NCBI GenBank assembly: GCA_944388265.1 | Contig: CALXIC010000067.1 | Span: 1-36,281 of the forward strand | DNA: 36,281 bases | Source: an uncultured Clostridia bacterium | GTDB lineage: Bacteria > Bacillota > Clostridia > Oscillospirales > Ruminococcaceae | Direction of reading: 5' to 3' | Shown: positions 9,630 through 17,655 of the stretch, in pieces | Numbering within the stretch: the stretch's first letter is position 1 | Layout: each line of letters opens with the position of its first letter | Notes under the pieces: generated by a model | What the model was told of the DNA's origin: nothing | Seen by the model: the letters and a program-made list of their open reading frames with translations, nothing else | The model's database searches: none | Made by a program: the position numbers and the translations under genes

Positions 9630-10901
9630 ATGGAGAAAAAACCGTTTGTCACCTTAGAACAGGTGAAGGAATTGGTCAAAACCTATCCGACGCCGTTCCA
9701 TCTTTACGATGAAGCGGGGATTCGCGAAAACGCACGCAAAGTGCAGCAGGCATTTGCCTGGAACAAGGGGTTTCGCGAATATTTTGCGGTGAAGGCGACG
9801 CCCAATCCGTTTTTAATCAATATTTTGAAGGAATACGGCTGCGGCTGCGACTGCTCGTCGATGACGGAACTGATGATGGCGCATGCGCTCGGCTTTTCGG
9901 GAGAGGGCATCATGTTTTCTTCCAACGCGACGCCGGCGTCGGAATTTCAGTATGCGCGCAAGATTGGTGCAACCATCAACCTCGACGATTTTACGCACAT
10001 TGAATTTTTGGAAAAATGCGCCGGTTTGCCGGAAACCATCTCCTGCCGTTTCAATCCGGGCGGATTGTTCCAGCTGAGCAATGGGATCATGGACAATCCC
10101 GGCGATGCGAAATACGGCTTTACCACCGAACAACTCTTTGAAGGTTTCCGTATCCTGAAAGCGAAGGGCGTCAAGCACTTCGGGATTCATGCCTTTTTGG
10201 CGTCCAATACGGTGACCAACTAGTATTATCCGGAGCTGGCAAAGGTGCTGTTCCAGCTTGCCGTGGACCTGAAAAAGGAAACGGGTGCGGATATTCGCTT
10301 CATCAATCTGTCGGGCGGCGTTGGCATTCCGTATCGTCCGGATCAGGAACCCAACGACATTTTGGCGATTGGGGAAGGCGTACACCGCGTCTACGACGAA
10401 ATTCTCACGCCCGCCGGCATGGGGGATGTCGCCATCTACACCGAAATGGGACGCTTTATGATGGGCCCGTATGGCTGTCTGGTGACGCAGGCGATTCACG
10501 AAAAGCATATTTATAAAGAATATATCGGCTGCGATGCCTGTGCTGTGAACCTGATGCGTCCGGCGATGTATGGCGCTTATCATCACATTAACGTGTTGGG
10601 CAAAGAAGATGCTGTGTGCGATCATAAATATGACATCACCGGTTCGCTCTGTGAAAACAACGATAAATTTGCGGTCGACCGCATGCTGCCGAAGATTGAT
10701 ATCGGCGATTATCTGGTGATTCACGATACCGGTGCGCACGGTTTTTCGATGGGCTATAACTACAACGGAAAACTCCGTTCCGCGGAAATTTTGCTGAAAG
10801 AGGATGGTTCCGCACAGCTGATTCGCCGTGCTGAAACGCCGGAAGATTATTTCCGTACCTTTGATTTTTGTGATATTTTAAAAGATATTGATAAACAGTA
10901 A
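9630..10901 (+). CDS. Fold-type III PLP-dependent decarboxylase (DAP decarboxylase family), interrupted by one in-frame TAG at 10221..10223
   Basis: ORFs 9630..10223 and 10245..10901 are in the same frame. The N part carries FAVKATPNP (PLP-lysine region). The C part carries GGVGIPY, EMGRFMMG and CENND. The combined length is normal for the family. Under standard code 11 this would be annotated as a pseudogene or as two fragments. Confidence 0.8.
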
Positions 10902-10904
10902 TGA

Positions 10905-10945
10905 AAAAGGGTTTTCAAAGCATTTGCTTTGAAAGCCCTTTTTGC
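10905..10945 (+). terminator. Rho-independent terminator
   Basis: AAAAGGGTTTTCAAAGCA pairs with TGCTTTGAAAGCCCTTTT (one G-U pair) and has a T-rich tail. Confidence 0.7.
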
Positions 10946-11055
10946 AGCTCATTTTGGCACAAATTTGACGCTTTACCACGAAAGTCGAGAAAGTATGCTC
11001 GGGGATAAAACGCCGAAAATATCGCCGATTAGAAGCGCTCGTAAGAAGTGAAAGA

Positions 11056-11090
11056 AAAAAGCCTTTCCGGAAAATCCGGAAAGGCTTTTT
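11056..11090 (-). terminator. Rho-independent terminator after assT (usable in both directions)
   Basis: The hairpin AAAAAGCCTTTCCGG-AAAA-TCCGGAAAGGCTTTTT. Confidence 0.75.
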
Positions 11091-11101
11091 CGTATCAGCA
11101 A

Positions 11102-13018
11102 TTAGCAAGTGATCTGCATGCCAGTTTCGTATTTCTTGTCGTCGATGACCACACGAATATCGTAAGTACCGGACAGACCAGCTTTGTTGATCGCGGTCTT
11201 GGTGTTACGTTTCAGTGCTTCTTCGCTCAAGCTGCTTTCGTCGAGGAAGGTACCAACACACATTGCTTTGAAGTCGGTCTTCGAGGTCGAAATGAAGTAC
11301 TGATGTGCTTCTTCGCCCTGTTCGAGCATGAGCAGAACGAGCTGGCCTTTCTTGAAGGTCGAATGGAAGGTGAAGCGGTCGATTTCTTCCACCAGTTTTG
11401 CTTCGCAGGATTCCGGAAGCATTTCGCCGGACGGATCCATCGGGATGAGGGTTTCGTCTTCTTTCGTGACACCCATAGCGCCCAGAACCTGGCCTTTGCC
11501 CAGTTCAAGGTTGATGCAGTCGGTGTAGAGTTTGAGTTTTTCTGCACGATAGAAGTTGCCGTGAACCTTCAGTTCGAGTTTCTTCACGTCGTTGTCGAGT
11601 TCAACGGTGATCGCGTACAGCGAGCCGCCTTCGAGATCGATCGCCGGGCCCAGTTTTTCGGACGGTTCGCCGTCTTTGGTGTAAGCGATACCGCCGGAGT
11701 GCACCATGTAATGGCCTTCGTTGTAGTATTCTACGTTACAGATGTACGGGGAGAAGTAATCCGCACCGCGGTCTTTACCATATTCCCAAACCTGTTCGAT
11801 GGTCATGTCTTTGGTGTTGATGCGGTAACGGACGCCGCGCGAATAGTTGTCTTTTGCCGGGAGATATTTTTCCGGATCTCTGGTGCCCCAGTGATGGTTG
11901 TCGAAGCACATGACGTCGCCGTTCGGGGTGATGACGTTTGCGTGCTGTTCATACTGCCAGCCGAAGTTGTTGCCGATCGGTTTGAAGCAGTATTTGTCGA
12001 CGAATTCCTGCGGCCAGCCGCATTTTTCTTTTTCCGGATCGGTGAAGACTGCCGGATCGGTGATGACCCAGTTGAGTTTGCCGGAATCAAAGTCGATGTT
12101 GACCATCGAGTTGACGTGACGGCCCGAGAAGGTCAGGGAGTTGGTGTTCTTGTCATACCAAACAGCGTTGTTGTGGAACCAGTCTTCTTCGGTCCAGCTG
12201 CCGGATCTGCCGTAACCAACCGGCATAAAGTCTTTGTAATCCCAGGTTTTGAGGATTTCGCCGGTCTGACGGTCCACCAGGATGCACATATCTTCTACGG
12301 TATCGCTGGTCAAATCTTCGGTCAGGATGAGGAGGTTGCCGTCTTCCATTTCGAAGGAGTCATGATGGTAACCGCCCGGAACGCGGAATTCTTTGTAGAT
12401 CTTACCGCACATGCTCATTTCGTAAAGACCGGACATGTAGTACGGCAGTTTGAGCAGACGGTCGGTACCGATCACGATGTTGCCGTTTTTCAAACGCTTC
12501 AGGTCGAATACGCAAGCAATGTTCAAATGCCAACGAGCGTCGCCGTTGTAGTCGTAGCCAACTGCCAGGTCAGCGCCAGCCGGGGAAACGATGATGATGT
12601 TGTCCTGCAGGTATTCAGCGGTGGTATCCATCGAGATGATCGGATCTTTGCCGTCGAATACGTCCGGAACGTCGATCGTGATCACGTTCGCATCGCCGCG
12701 GTATGCACGGATTTCCACTTTGTTGGAATAGTTGGAATAAAGGCCAACGATCGGGAGCACATGCACTTTTGCCGGAGCAAAGGTGTGGTAAATGTTGCCC
12801 TGCGGCTGTTTTTTGCCGAGCACGGTCACGGTGATTGCCACTTCTTCTTCGGTTTTGAAGCAGACAACGGCCGACAGCGGGTTGATGCCATACACGTTGT
12901 ATTTCACCAACGGGTTTTCCAGGGTGTAGTTGCCAGCTTCGAATTCAGCCAGCATTTCCTGTTCTGCTTTGTACTGACGGTCAATGATGTGTTCGGAAAA
13001 TTCGTATTTTACTGCCAT
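11102..13018 (-). CDS. assT: Aryl-sulfate sulfotransferase (ASST family, PAPS-independent), no signal peptide, extra C-terminal domain
   Basis: 638 aa. ASST-like blocks are present: ENPLVKYNVYGINPLSAVV (N-domain), GGYHHDSFEMEDGN, EDWFHNNAVWYD and YEQHANVITPNGDVMCFDNHH. The N-terminus is hydrophilic. GGAGG RBS lies 8 nt upstream. Confidence 0.8.
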   Translation of the reverse strand: MAVKYEFSEHIIDRQYKAEQEMLAEFEAGNYTLENPLVKYNVYGINPLSAVVCFKTEEEVAITVTVLGKKQPQGNIYHTFAPAKVHVLPIVGLYSNYSNKVEIRAYRGDANVITIDVPDVFDGKDPIISMDTTAEYLQDNIIIVSPAGADLAVGYDYNGDARWHLNIACVFDLKRLKNGNIVIGTDRLLKLPYYMSGLYEMSMCGKIYKEFRVPGGYHHDSFEMEDGNLLILTEDLTSDTVEDMCILVDRQTGEILKTWDYKDFMPVGYGRSGSWTEEDWFHNNAVWYDKNTNSLTFSGRHVNSMVNIDFDSGKLNWVITDPAVFTDPEKEKCGWPQEFVDKYCFKPIGNNFGWQYEQHANVITPNGDVMCFDNHHWGTRDPEKYLPAKDNYSRGVRYRINTKDMTIEQVWEYGKDRGADYFSPYICNVEYYNEGHYMVHSGGIAYTKDGEPSEKLGPAIDLEGGSLYAITVELDNDVKKLELKVHGNFYRAEKLKLYTDCINLELGKGQVLGAMGVTKEDETLIPMDPSGEMLPESCEAKLVEEIDRFTFHSTFKKGQLVLLMLEQGEEAHQYFISTSKTDFKAMCVGTFLDESSLSEEALKRNTKTAINKAGLSGTYDIRVVIDDKKYETGMQITC

Positions 13019-13036
13019 ATCATTTTTCCTCCAAAC

Positions 13037-13348
13037 TTATTTATATTCCTCAATCATTTTCACGATTGCGGTTTTCTGCTGCAAACCGGACATCCGTTTG
13101 AGTTCTTTGCCATCTTTGAAGAGGATGATGGTCGGATAGCCGGACACGTTGTATTCGGCAGTCAGTTCTTTGTTTTCGTCAAAGTTTACTTTGAGGATTT
13201 TCAGATCATCGCCAAAGGTTTTTTCCACATCTTTCAACACAAAGCCCAGCATTTTGCACGGACCGCAGGTCGAAGAGAAAAAGTCTGCCAGCACCAGACC
13301 GGTGCCCATTTCTTCTTTGAATTCTGCTGCGTTGACTTCTTTTAACAT
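13037..13348 (-). CDS. trxA: Thioredoxin (atypical TCGPC active site)
   Basis: 103 aa with FFSSTCGPCKMLG and the cis-Pro region GYPTIILFKDG. GGAGGA lies 8 nt upstream of the ATG at 13348; the TTG at 13354 is a less likely start. Confidence 0.85.
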   Translation of the reverse strand: MLKEVNAAEFKEEMGTGLVLADFFSSTCGPCKMLGFVLKDVEKTFGDDLKILKVNFDENKELTAEYNVSGYPTIILFKDGKELKRMSGLQQKTAIVKMIEEYK

Positions 13349-13363
13349 AATCAAGTTCCTCCT

Positions 13364-14287
13364 TTATCCATTCAGCCGTTCCACGTAGTGGGAAGCTTCC
13401 TGTGCTGCAATAGCGCCGTCCGCACAAGCGGTAATGACCTGACGCAGGTTTTTCACGATGCAGTCGCCGGCGGCATAGATGCCCGGGATAGCGGTTTCCA
13501 TGCGTTCATTGACTTTGATGTATCCGTAATCGTTGAGCAGACCGGTATCTTTCAGATATTCCGTCGTCGGCATCAAACCGATGTATTCGAATACGCCGTC
13601 GCAGGGAACGGTGGTTTCTTCGCCGGTTTTGGTGGATTTGAAACGAACGCCGGTCAGTTTGTCGTCGCCCGTAAATTCCAGTACATCCTGATAGGGATAG
13701 ATTTTGACGTGATCCATCGCGCGCAGTTTGTCGCAGGCGATCGGGTCAGCCGTCAGGTCAAACATGGTGACGATGGTCAGCGATTTGACGATTCCAGCCA
13801 GGAAGATGGATTCTTCTACTGCGGAGTTGCCGCCGCCGATGACCACAACGTCTTTGTCACGGTACTGTGCACCGTCGCAGATCGCGCACCAGCTGATGCC
13901 GTTGCCGCGGAATTTTTCTTCGGTCGGCAGATTCAGGCAGCGCTGTTTGGTGCCGGTTGCAAGGATCACCGTTTTGGTGGTGTACTGCATGTTGTCTTCT
14001 TCGCAGATGACGGTTTTTTCTTCGCCGTGATCTTCGATTTTGACCACCGTGCGGTAATCGAATTCCACATTCAATTCCTGCGTGTGTTCGTACATTTTAT
14101 AAGCGAGTTCCGCACCGTTGATGGTACCGACCCCGGTATAGTTTTGAATTTCGTTGGTATTGATGATCTGTCCGCCCGGTGCCAGCTTGTCCAGCAAAAG
14201 CACTTTCATGTTTGCACGGGCTGCATAAATCGAAGCGGTCATACCGGAAGGACCAGCGCCAACAATAATCACATCATATTGAGCCAT
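13364..14287 (-). CDS. trxB: Thioredoxin-disulfide reductase family flavoprotein (lacks the HRRxxxR NADPH motif)
   Basis: 307 aa. It has the FAD motif VIIVGAGPSG, redox-active CAICDG, GGGNSAVEE, and C-terminal GIYAAGD. AAGGAG RBS precedes the ATG at 14287. Confidence 0.85.
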   Translation of the reverse strand: MAQYDVIIVGAGPSGMTASIYAARANMKVLLLDKLAPGGQIINTNEIQNYTGVGTINGAELAYKMYEHTQELNVEFDYRTVVKIEDHGEEKTVICEEDNMQYTTKTVILATGTKQRCLNLPTEEKFRGNGISWCAICDGAQYRDKDVVVIGGGNSAVEESIFLAGIVKSLTIVTMFDLTADPIACDKLRAMDHVKIYPYQDVLEFTGDDKLTGVRFKSTKTGEETTVPCDGVFEYIGLMPTTEYLKDTGLLNDYGYIKVNERMETAIPGIYAAGDCIVKNLRQVITACADGAIAAQEASHYVERLNG

Positions 14288-14309
14288 TTTCAATACTCCT
14301 TTCTTATTG

Positions 14310-14351
14310 AACAACCTGTTCCTGATTATTATAAATCAAGAACAGGTTGTT
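14310..14351. promoter_or_regulatory. 42-bp near-perfect palindrome (18-bp arms, 1 mismatch) centred on a minus-strand TATAAT upstream of trxB
   Basis: AACAACCTGTTCCTGATT-ATTATA-AATCAAGAACAGGTTGTT. On the minus strand TATAAT is at 14333..14328, and a TCGACA -35-like box lies 18 nt upstream. Confidence 0.5.
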
Positions 14352-14400
14352 TGTCGATAGCATGCGCTAAAATTTATTCAATTTTAGTAAACTTGACAAC

Positions 14401-15873
14401 TTAAATAAACAAGTTGACGAAAGGAATACCAACGACAATGATGAGAGCAAGTTCAACCAGCGAATAGAAGCCGGCGAATTTGTAAACGTCCGTTGCTTTC
14501 AGCCATTCTTTGTTGGAGAACATCATTGCTGCAAACGGCGACGCTGCCGGAGTAACGATCGCGGAGAGCAGAACGAAGAAGATCAGCAGGGTGACAAACG
14601 GAGCTGCCGCCACACCAGTGGTGTTGCAGTAAGTAAGGATAACCGGCTGCAAAATCATACCGATTACCAAGCTGTTGCAGATGTTGGTGAGCAGGAAGGC
14701 GATGACCAGCAATACAATCGAGAAGACCATCGGGGTCATGCCGTTGAAGATCGGGGAAAGCACAGCGCTCAGGAAAGCGGAAACACCGGTGTTTTCATTG
14801 GTCAAAACCGAACCGATCAAAATAGCGGTTGCACAGAGGAAGAAAGTCGACCAAGCAAAATCTTTTTCCATGACTTTGGTGATCTGCAGCACCGGACGGC
14901 CGTCGCTGAGGATCACAGCACCCAAAATGGAAACGTAAATCAGTGCAAAGCCCAGGGAATAACCGTTGAGTTTTGCCATGATCGGAATGCTCTGCAGAAG
15001 GCTCGGAACGAGCATCAGGAGCACGTAAATGATAAAGGTAACAAACAAGGTTTTCTGGCGGGTATTCATCGGCGGGAGCGGGTTTTTCTGGAAATGTTCA
15101 ATCGAAACATTTTTCAAGAGGGATACATCCGGACGCAGGATGAATTTGGTCACCAGAATGATAACAGTCAGGAAGATCAGGCCAAGGATGAAGCAGGTAA
15201 TGAAGTAAGTACCATCATTGATGAATGCTACATCACCCGAAATGGTGCGGTAGTTGCTCAACAGTGCCAGGCCGTTGGACATATACGGCGGAACCGGGAA
15301 GCCCAGCATTGCAGCGATAACGATGAGGATGAGCATCAATTTCGGATATTTGTCGGTCTTTTTGTAGCCCAGTTCATCGAAGATGCCGTACATAACCGGC
15401 CAGAACAGGAAGATCGGAATGAAACATCCCATAAAGATGGACATTAGGTAAGCGCCTACGAGGATGACGCTGGTGAATACCCACGGACGACCGTTGACCA
15501 TTTTCCGGGTGAGGAAGAAACGGCCGATGTAAACGGTGATTTTTTCATAGGTCAAAGCACCGGTGCCAACCATCATGAAGAACATCTGCACAACGGTGGG
15601 GTTGCCGAACCAAGAGCCCAGTACACCGCCCATCGTGCTGTAAGCGGTCAGACCGATAGCGCCCACGGAAAACAAGCTGGCCCACAGCGGGTCAACCGTG
15701 GTCCACAGGTACAGGGTTCCGATGAATACCCCCAAAACCTGTTCCCCAACCGGGGTTACCGTTTCTGCCGGCCATGGAATGGGCAGCAATGGAAAGATCA
15801 CCATAATGGCGATGCCAATGATTGCATGAACAACTTGCATGTTCAGCTTGGACTTTGTTTTTGTCTCAGTCAT
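14401..15873 (-). CDS. Multi-pass permease, ion-transporter superfamily (DASS/SLC13-like anion transporter)
   Basis: 490 aa with about 12-14 hydrophobic segments. The N-terminal pattern (VLGVFIGTLYLWTTVDPLWASLFSV) resembles DASS/ArsB-NhaD type permeases. AAGGAG RBS is present. The family call is tentative. Confidence 0.55.
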   Translation of the reverse strand: MTETKTKSKLNMQVVHAIIGIAIMVIFPLLPIPWPAETVTPVGEQVLGVFIGTLYLWTTVDPLWASLFSVGAIGLTAYSTMGGVLGSWFGNPTVVQMFFMMVGTGALTYEKITVYIGRFFLTRKMVNGRPWVFTSVILVGAYLMSIFMGCFIPIFLFWPVMYGIFDELGYKKTDKYPKLMLILIVIAAMLGFPVPPYMSNGLALLSNYRTISGDVAFINDGTYFITCFILGLIFLTVIILVTKFILRPDVSLLKNVSIEHFQKNPLPPMNTRQKTLFVTFIIYVLLMLVPSLLQSIPIMAKLNGYSLGFALIYVSILGAVILSDGRPVLQITKVMEKDFAWSTFFLCATAILIGSVLTNENTGVSAFLSAVLSPIFNGMTPMVFSIVLLVIAFLLTNICNSLVIGMILQPVILTYCNTTGVAAAPFVTLLIFFVLLSAIVTPAASPFAAMMFSNKEWLKATDVYKFAGFYSLVELALIIVVGIPFVNLFI

Positions 15874-15974
15874 TGTTTTAACTCCTTTTCATTTATTCTC
15901 TGTGTGTTTGAAATTGTTGTCGTTAAAAATACAACAATCAAGGTTAATAAAACAATACCATATTTTAATTGTGA

Positions 15975-15998
15975 TAAAAATAACATATGTTATTTTTA
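15975..15998. promoter_or_regulatory. 24-bp perfect palindrome TAAAAATAACAT|ATGTTATTTTTA in the divergent permease / Crp-family promoter region
   Basis: It is perfectly self-complementary. Its core ACATATGTTAT recurs at 17571..17581, and its half-site AAAAATAACAT recurs at 18940..18950. Confidence 0.45.
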
Positions 15999-16061
15999 AA
16001 AAATCGTATCTTTTTGTCAAAAAATATGTTAATATATGATAGAAGAAATGAGGTGTTTATT

Positions 16062-16739
16062 TTGAGTTCTGTGCAGGAACCGATTGAAGCCTTTTTCCCA
16101 TATGGAAAACGAATGGTTGTCAAAAAGGGCGGAAGCATTTATAACTCGAATCGAGCGGACGATAACCGGTATGCTTTTTTTCTCGATTCTGGCTGCTGCG
16201 CATTATCCAGTTTAACAAAAGAGGGAGACGAACGCACCTATTTATATTTTCGTGAAAAAAGAACCATCGGCTTTGTGCAGCTGATGCCGGTATTGCATGA
16301 ACGCCACAGCGAGCCGTCCTCCCCGTTTTTGATTACAGCAAAGACCGACTGCGTGCTGTATCGTGTGTCTCAAGAAATGTTTATGTATCTGCTTCAAAAT
16401 AATGCGGAGTTCGGGAACTATATGCTCCGGGTTCTTTCGGAGAATTATTTGGATCTGCTCCACCGTTATCATGAAGCGCAGGATGAGTGTGCCACCGTAC
16501 GTCTGTGCCGCTTGCTGTTGGAATATGCCGAGGAGATCAATGGACAGTTGGTGATGCCGTCTTATTTCACACATGTGGAATTTTCGCATTATCTGGGCAC
16601 CCATGTCGTTACCGTCTCCCGCATTATGGCCCAGCTCAAACAGCGGGGATATATTGAAAAAATGGGGCATAAGATCATCCTCTGTGCTCCGAAGGAACTG
16701 CGTCAGCTGGTGGAGACCGGTATGAACTTTGATTTTTAA
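16062..16739 (+). CDS. Crp/Fnr family transcriptional regulator
   Basis: It has a cNMP-binding-like beta-roll (VVKKGGSIY...FFLDSGCCALSSLTKEGDERTYLYF) and a C-terminal helix-turn-helix (HYLGTHVVTVSRIMAQLKQRGYI). The start is uncertain: TTG at 16062 has GAGGTG 6 nt upstream, and the alternative is ATG at 16026. Confidence 0.8.
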   Translation: MSSVQEPIEAFFPYGKRMVVKKGGSIYNSNRADDNRYAFFLDSGCCALSSLTKEGDERTYLYFREKRTIGFVQLMPVLHERHSEPSSPFLITAKTDCVLYRVSQEMFMYLLQNNAEFGNYMLRVLSENYLDLLHRYHEAQDECATVRLCRLLLEYAEEINGQLVMPSYFTHVEFSHYLGTHVVTVSRIMAQLKQRGYIEKMGHKIILCAPKELRQLVETGMNFDF

Positions 16740-16749
16740 ATTGCATAGA

Positions 16750-16780
16750 AAAAAGCCACGCGAAACCGCGTGGCTTTTTT
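16750..16780. terminator. Bidirectional rho-independent terminator
   Basis: The hairpin AAAAAGCCACGCG-AAA-CCGCGTGGCTTTTT lies between two convergent genes. Confidence 0.8.
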
Positions 16781-16794
16781 GCTTTTGGAATCGA

Positions 16795-17505
16795 TTAAAG
16801 TTTGCTGTAGCCGTAGCTGTTGACGATTGCATCCAGCGGTTTGCCGGCTTTGCAGTTGTGGCAGTCTTTGGCGTCTGCCAGTTCGAAGTCCGGAAGGTCT
16901 TTCTTCGAGAAAACGGAGTTGACCGGGTAGCCTTCGATTTCATCCACAGCGCCGAAGATAACCGAAACACCCTGCACGTTGCCGCCGTAAGCGGTGATGC
17001 ATTTGATGCTCTTGTAAATGGTACGGCCGGACATGGCGGAAGCCAGGATGACCAGAACGTTTTTGCCTTTGATCATCTTTTTGATGTTATCGCGCACAAC
17101 CATCTGACCGGACGAGTCAAATTCCGGGCTGATGACATAGAACGAATGATGTTTGTTGTTCGAAGTGACGCCAAGGCTCAACAGTTCCTGTGCCAGATAA
17201 GCGCCGATGACTTCGCAGCCGTCCATGCAGATGATGGTGTCGATCGGTTTCGGCGATGCAAATGCACGGGTCATTTCCAGCATATGTTCGTCGATGGTGT
17301 TGATCTGGGTCTGCAGATTGACGCGGTTGATGTATTTTTTGGACATTTCACGCGCAATGAGCTGAGCTTCAGACTGGCGCATTTTCAAAGTGGTCATGTC
17401 AATGTAATAGTTGACGTGAAAACGGTCGGAAGAAAAATGACCGGGAGTGACAGTTAAAAACAGTTCCGGATTTTCTTTGGATTGGATTTTCATCGATTTT
17501 TCCAT
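16795..17505 (-). CDS. Type I phosphoribosyltransferase-fold protein (OPRT-like) with a degenerate PRPP loop
   Basis: 236 aa. It has GHFSSDRFHVNYYID (OPRT-like GHFxLSSGxHS block) and MDGCEVIGAYLAQEL. The PRPP motif position reads VLVILASAMSGRT, with no acidic pair. GAGGAGG RBS lies 8 nt upstream of the ATG at 17505. Confidence 0.6.
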   Translation of the reverse strand: MEKSMKIQSKENPELFLTVTPGHFSSDRFHVNYYIDMTTLKMRQSEAQLIAREMSKKYINRVNLQTQINTIDEHMLEMTRAFASPKPIDTIICMDGCEVIGAYLAQELLSLGVTSNNKHHSFYVISPEFDSSGQMVVRDNIKKMIKGKNVLVILASAMSGRTIYKSIKCITAYGGNVQGVSVIFGAVDEIEGYPVNSVFSKKDLPDFELADAKDCHNCKAGKPLDAIVNSYGYSKL

Positions 17506-17655
17506 AATGTAAGCCTCCTCGTATGATCGTCTTTCCTTTATTATAAAGGATTCGATAGTTAAAATACTATACATATGTTATGTTTTTGAAAAAACATTTT
17601 GAAATCAAACGACTTTCCGCCGCCAAGGTCGGCGTTTCAGGCAACATTTGGTGCA

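Noticed and set aside
11048-13345. 765-aa ORF on the plus strand, antisense to assT and trxA
   Set aside because: The reasons are the same. It runs through two genes and their intergenic RBS. The sequence is V/F/H/R/D-rich and nonsense-like. It starts inside a terminator.
15987-16061. N-terminal extension of the Crp/Fnr-family ORF, starting at ATG 15987
   Set aside because: That ATG is the centre of the 24-bp palindrome in a roughly 25% GC promoter region and has no RBS. TTG 16062, preceded by GAGGTG, or ATG 16026 is more plausible.
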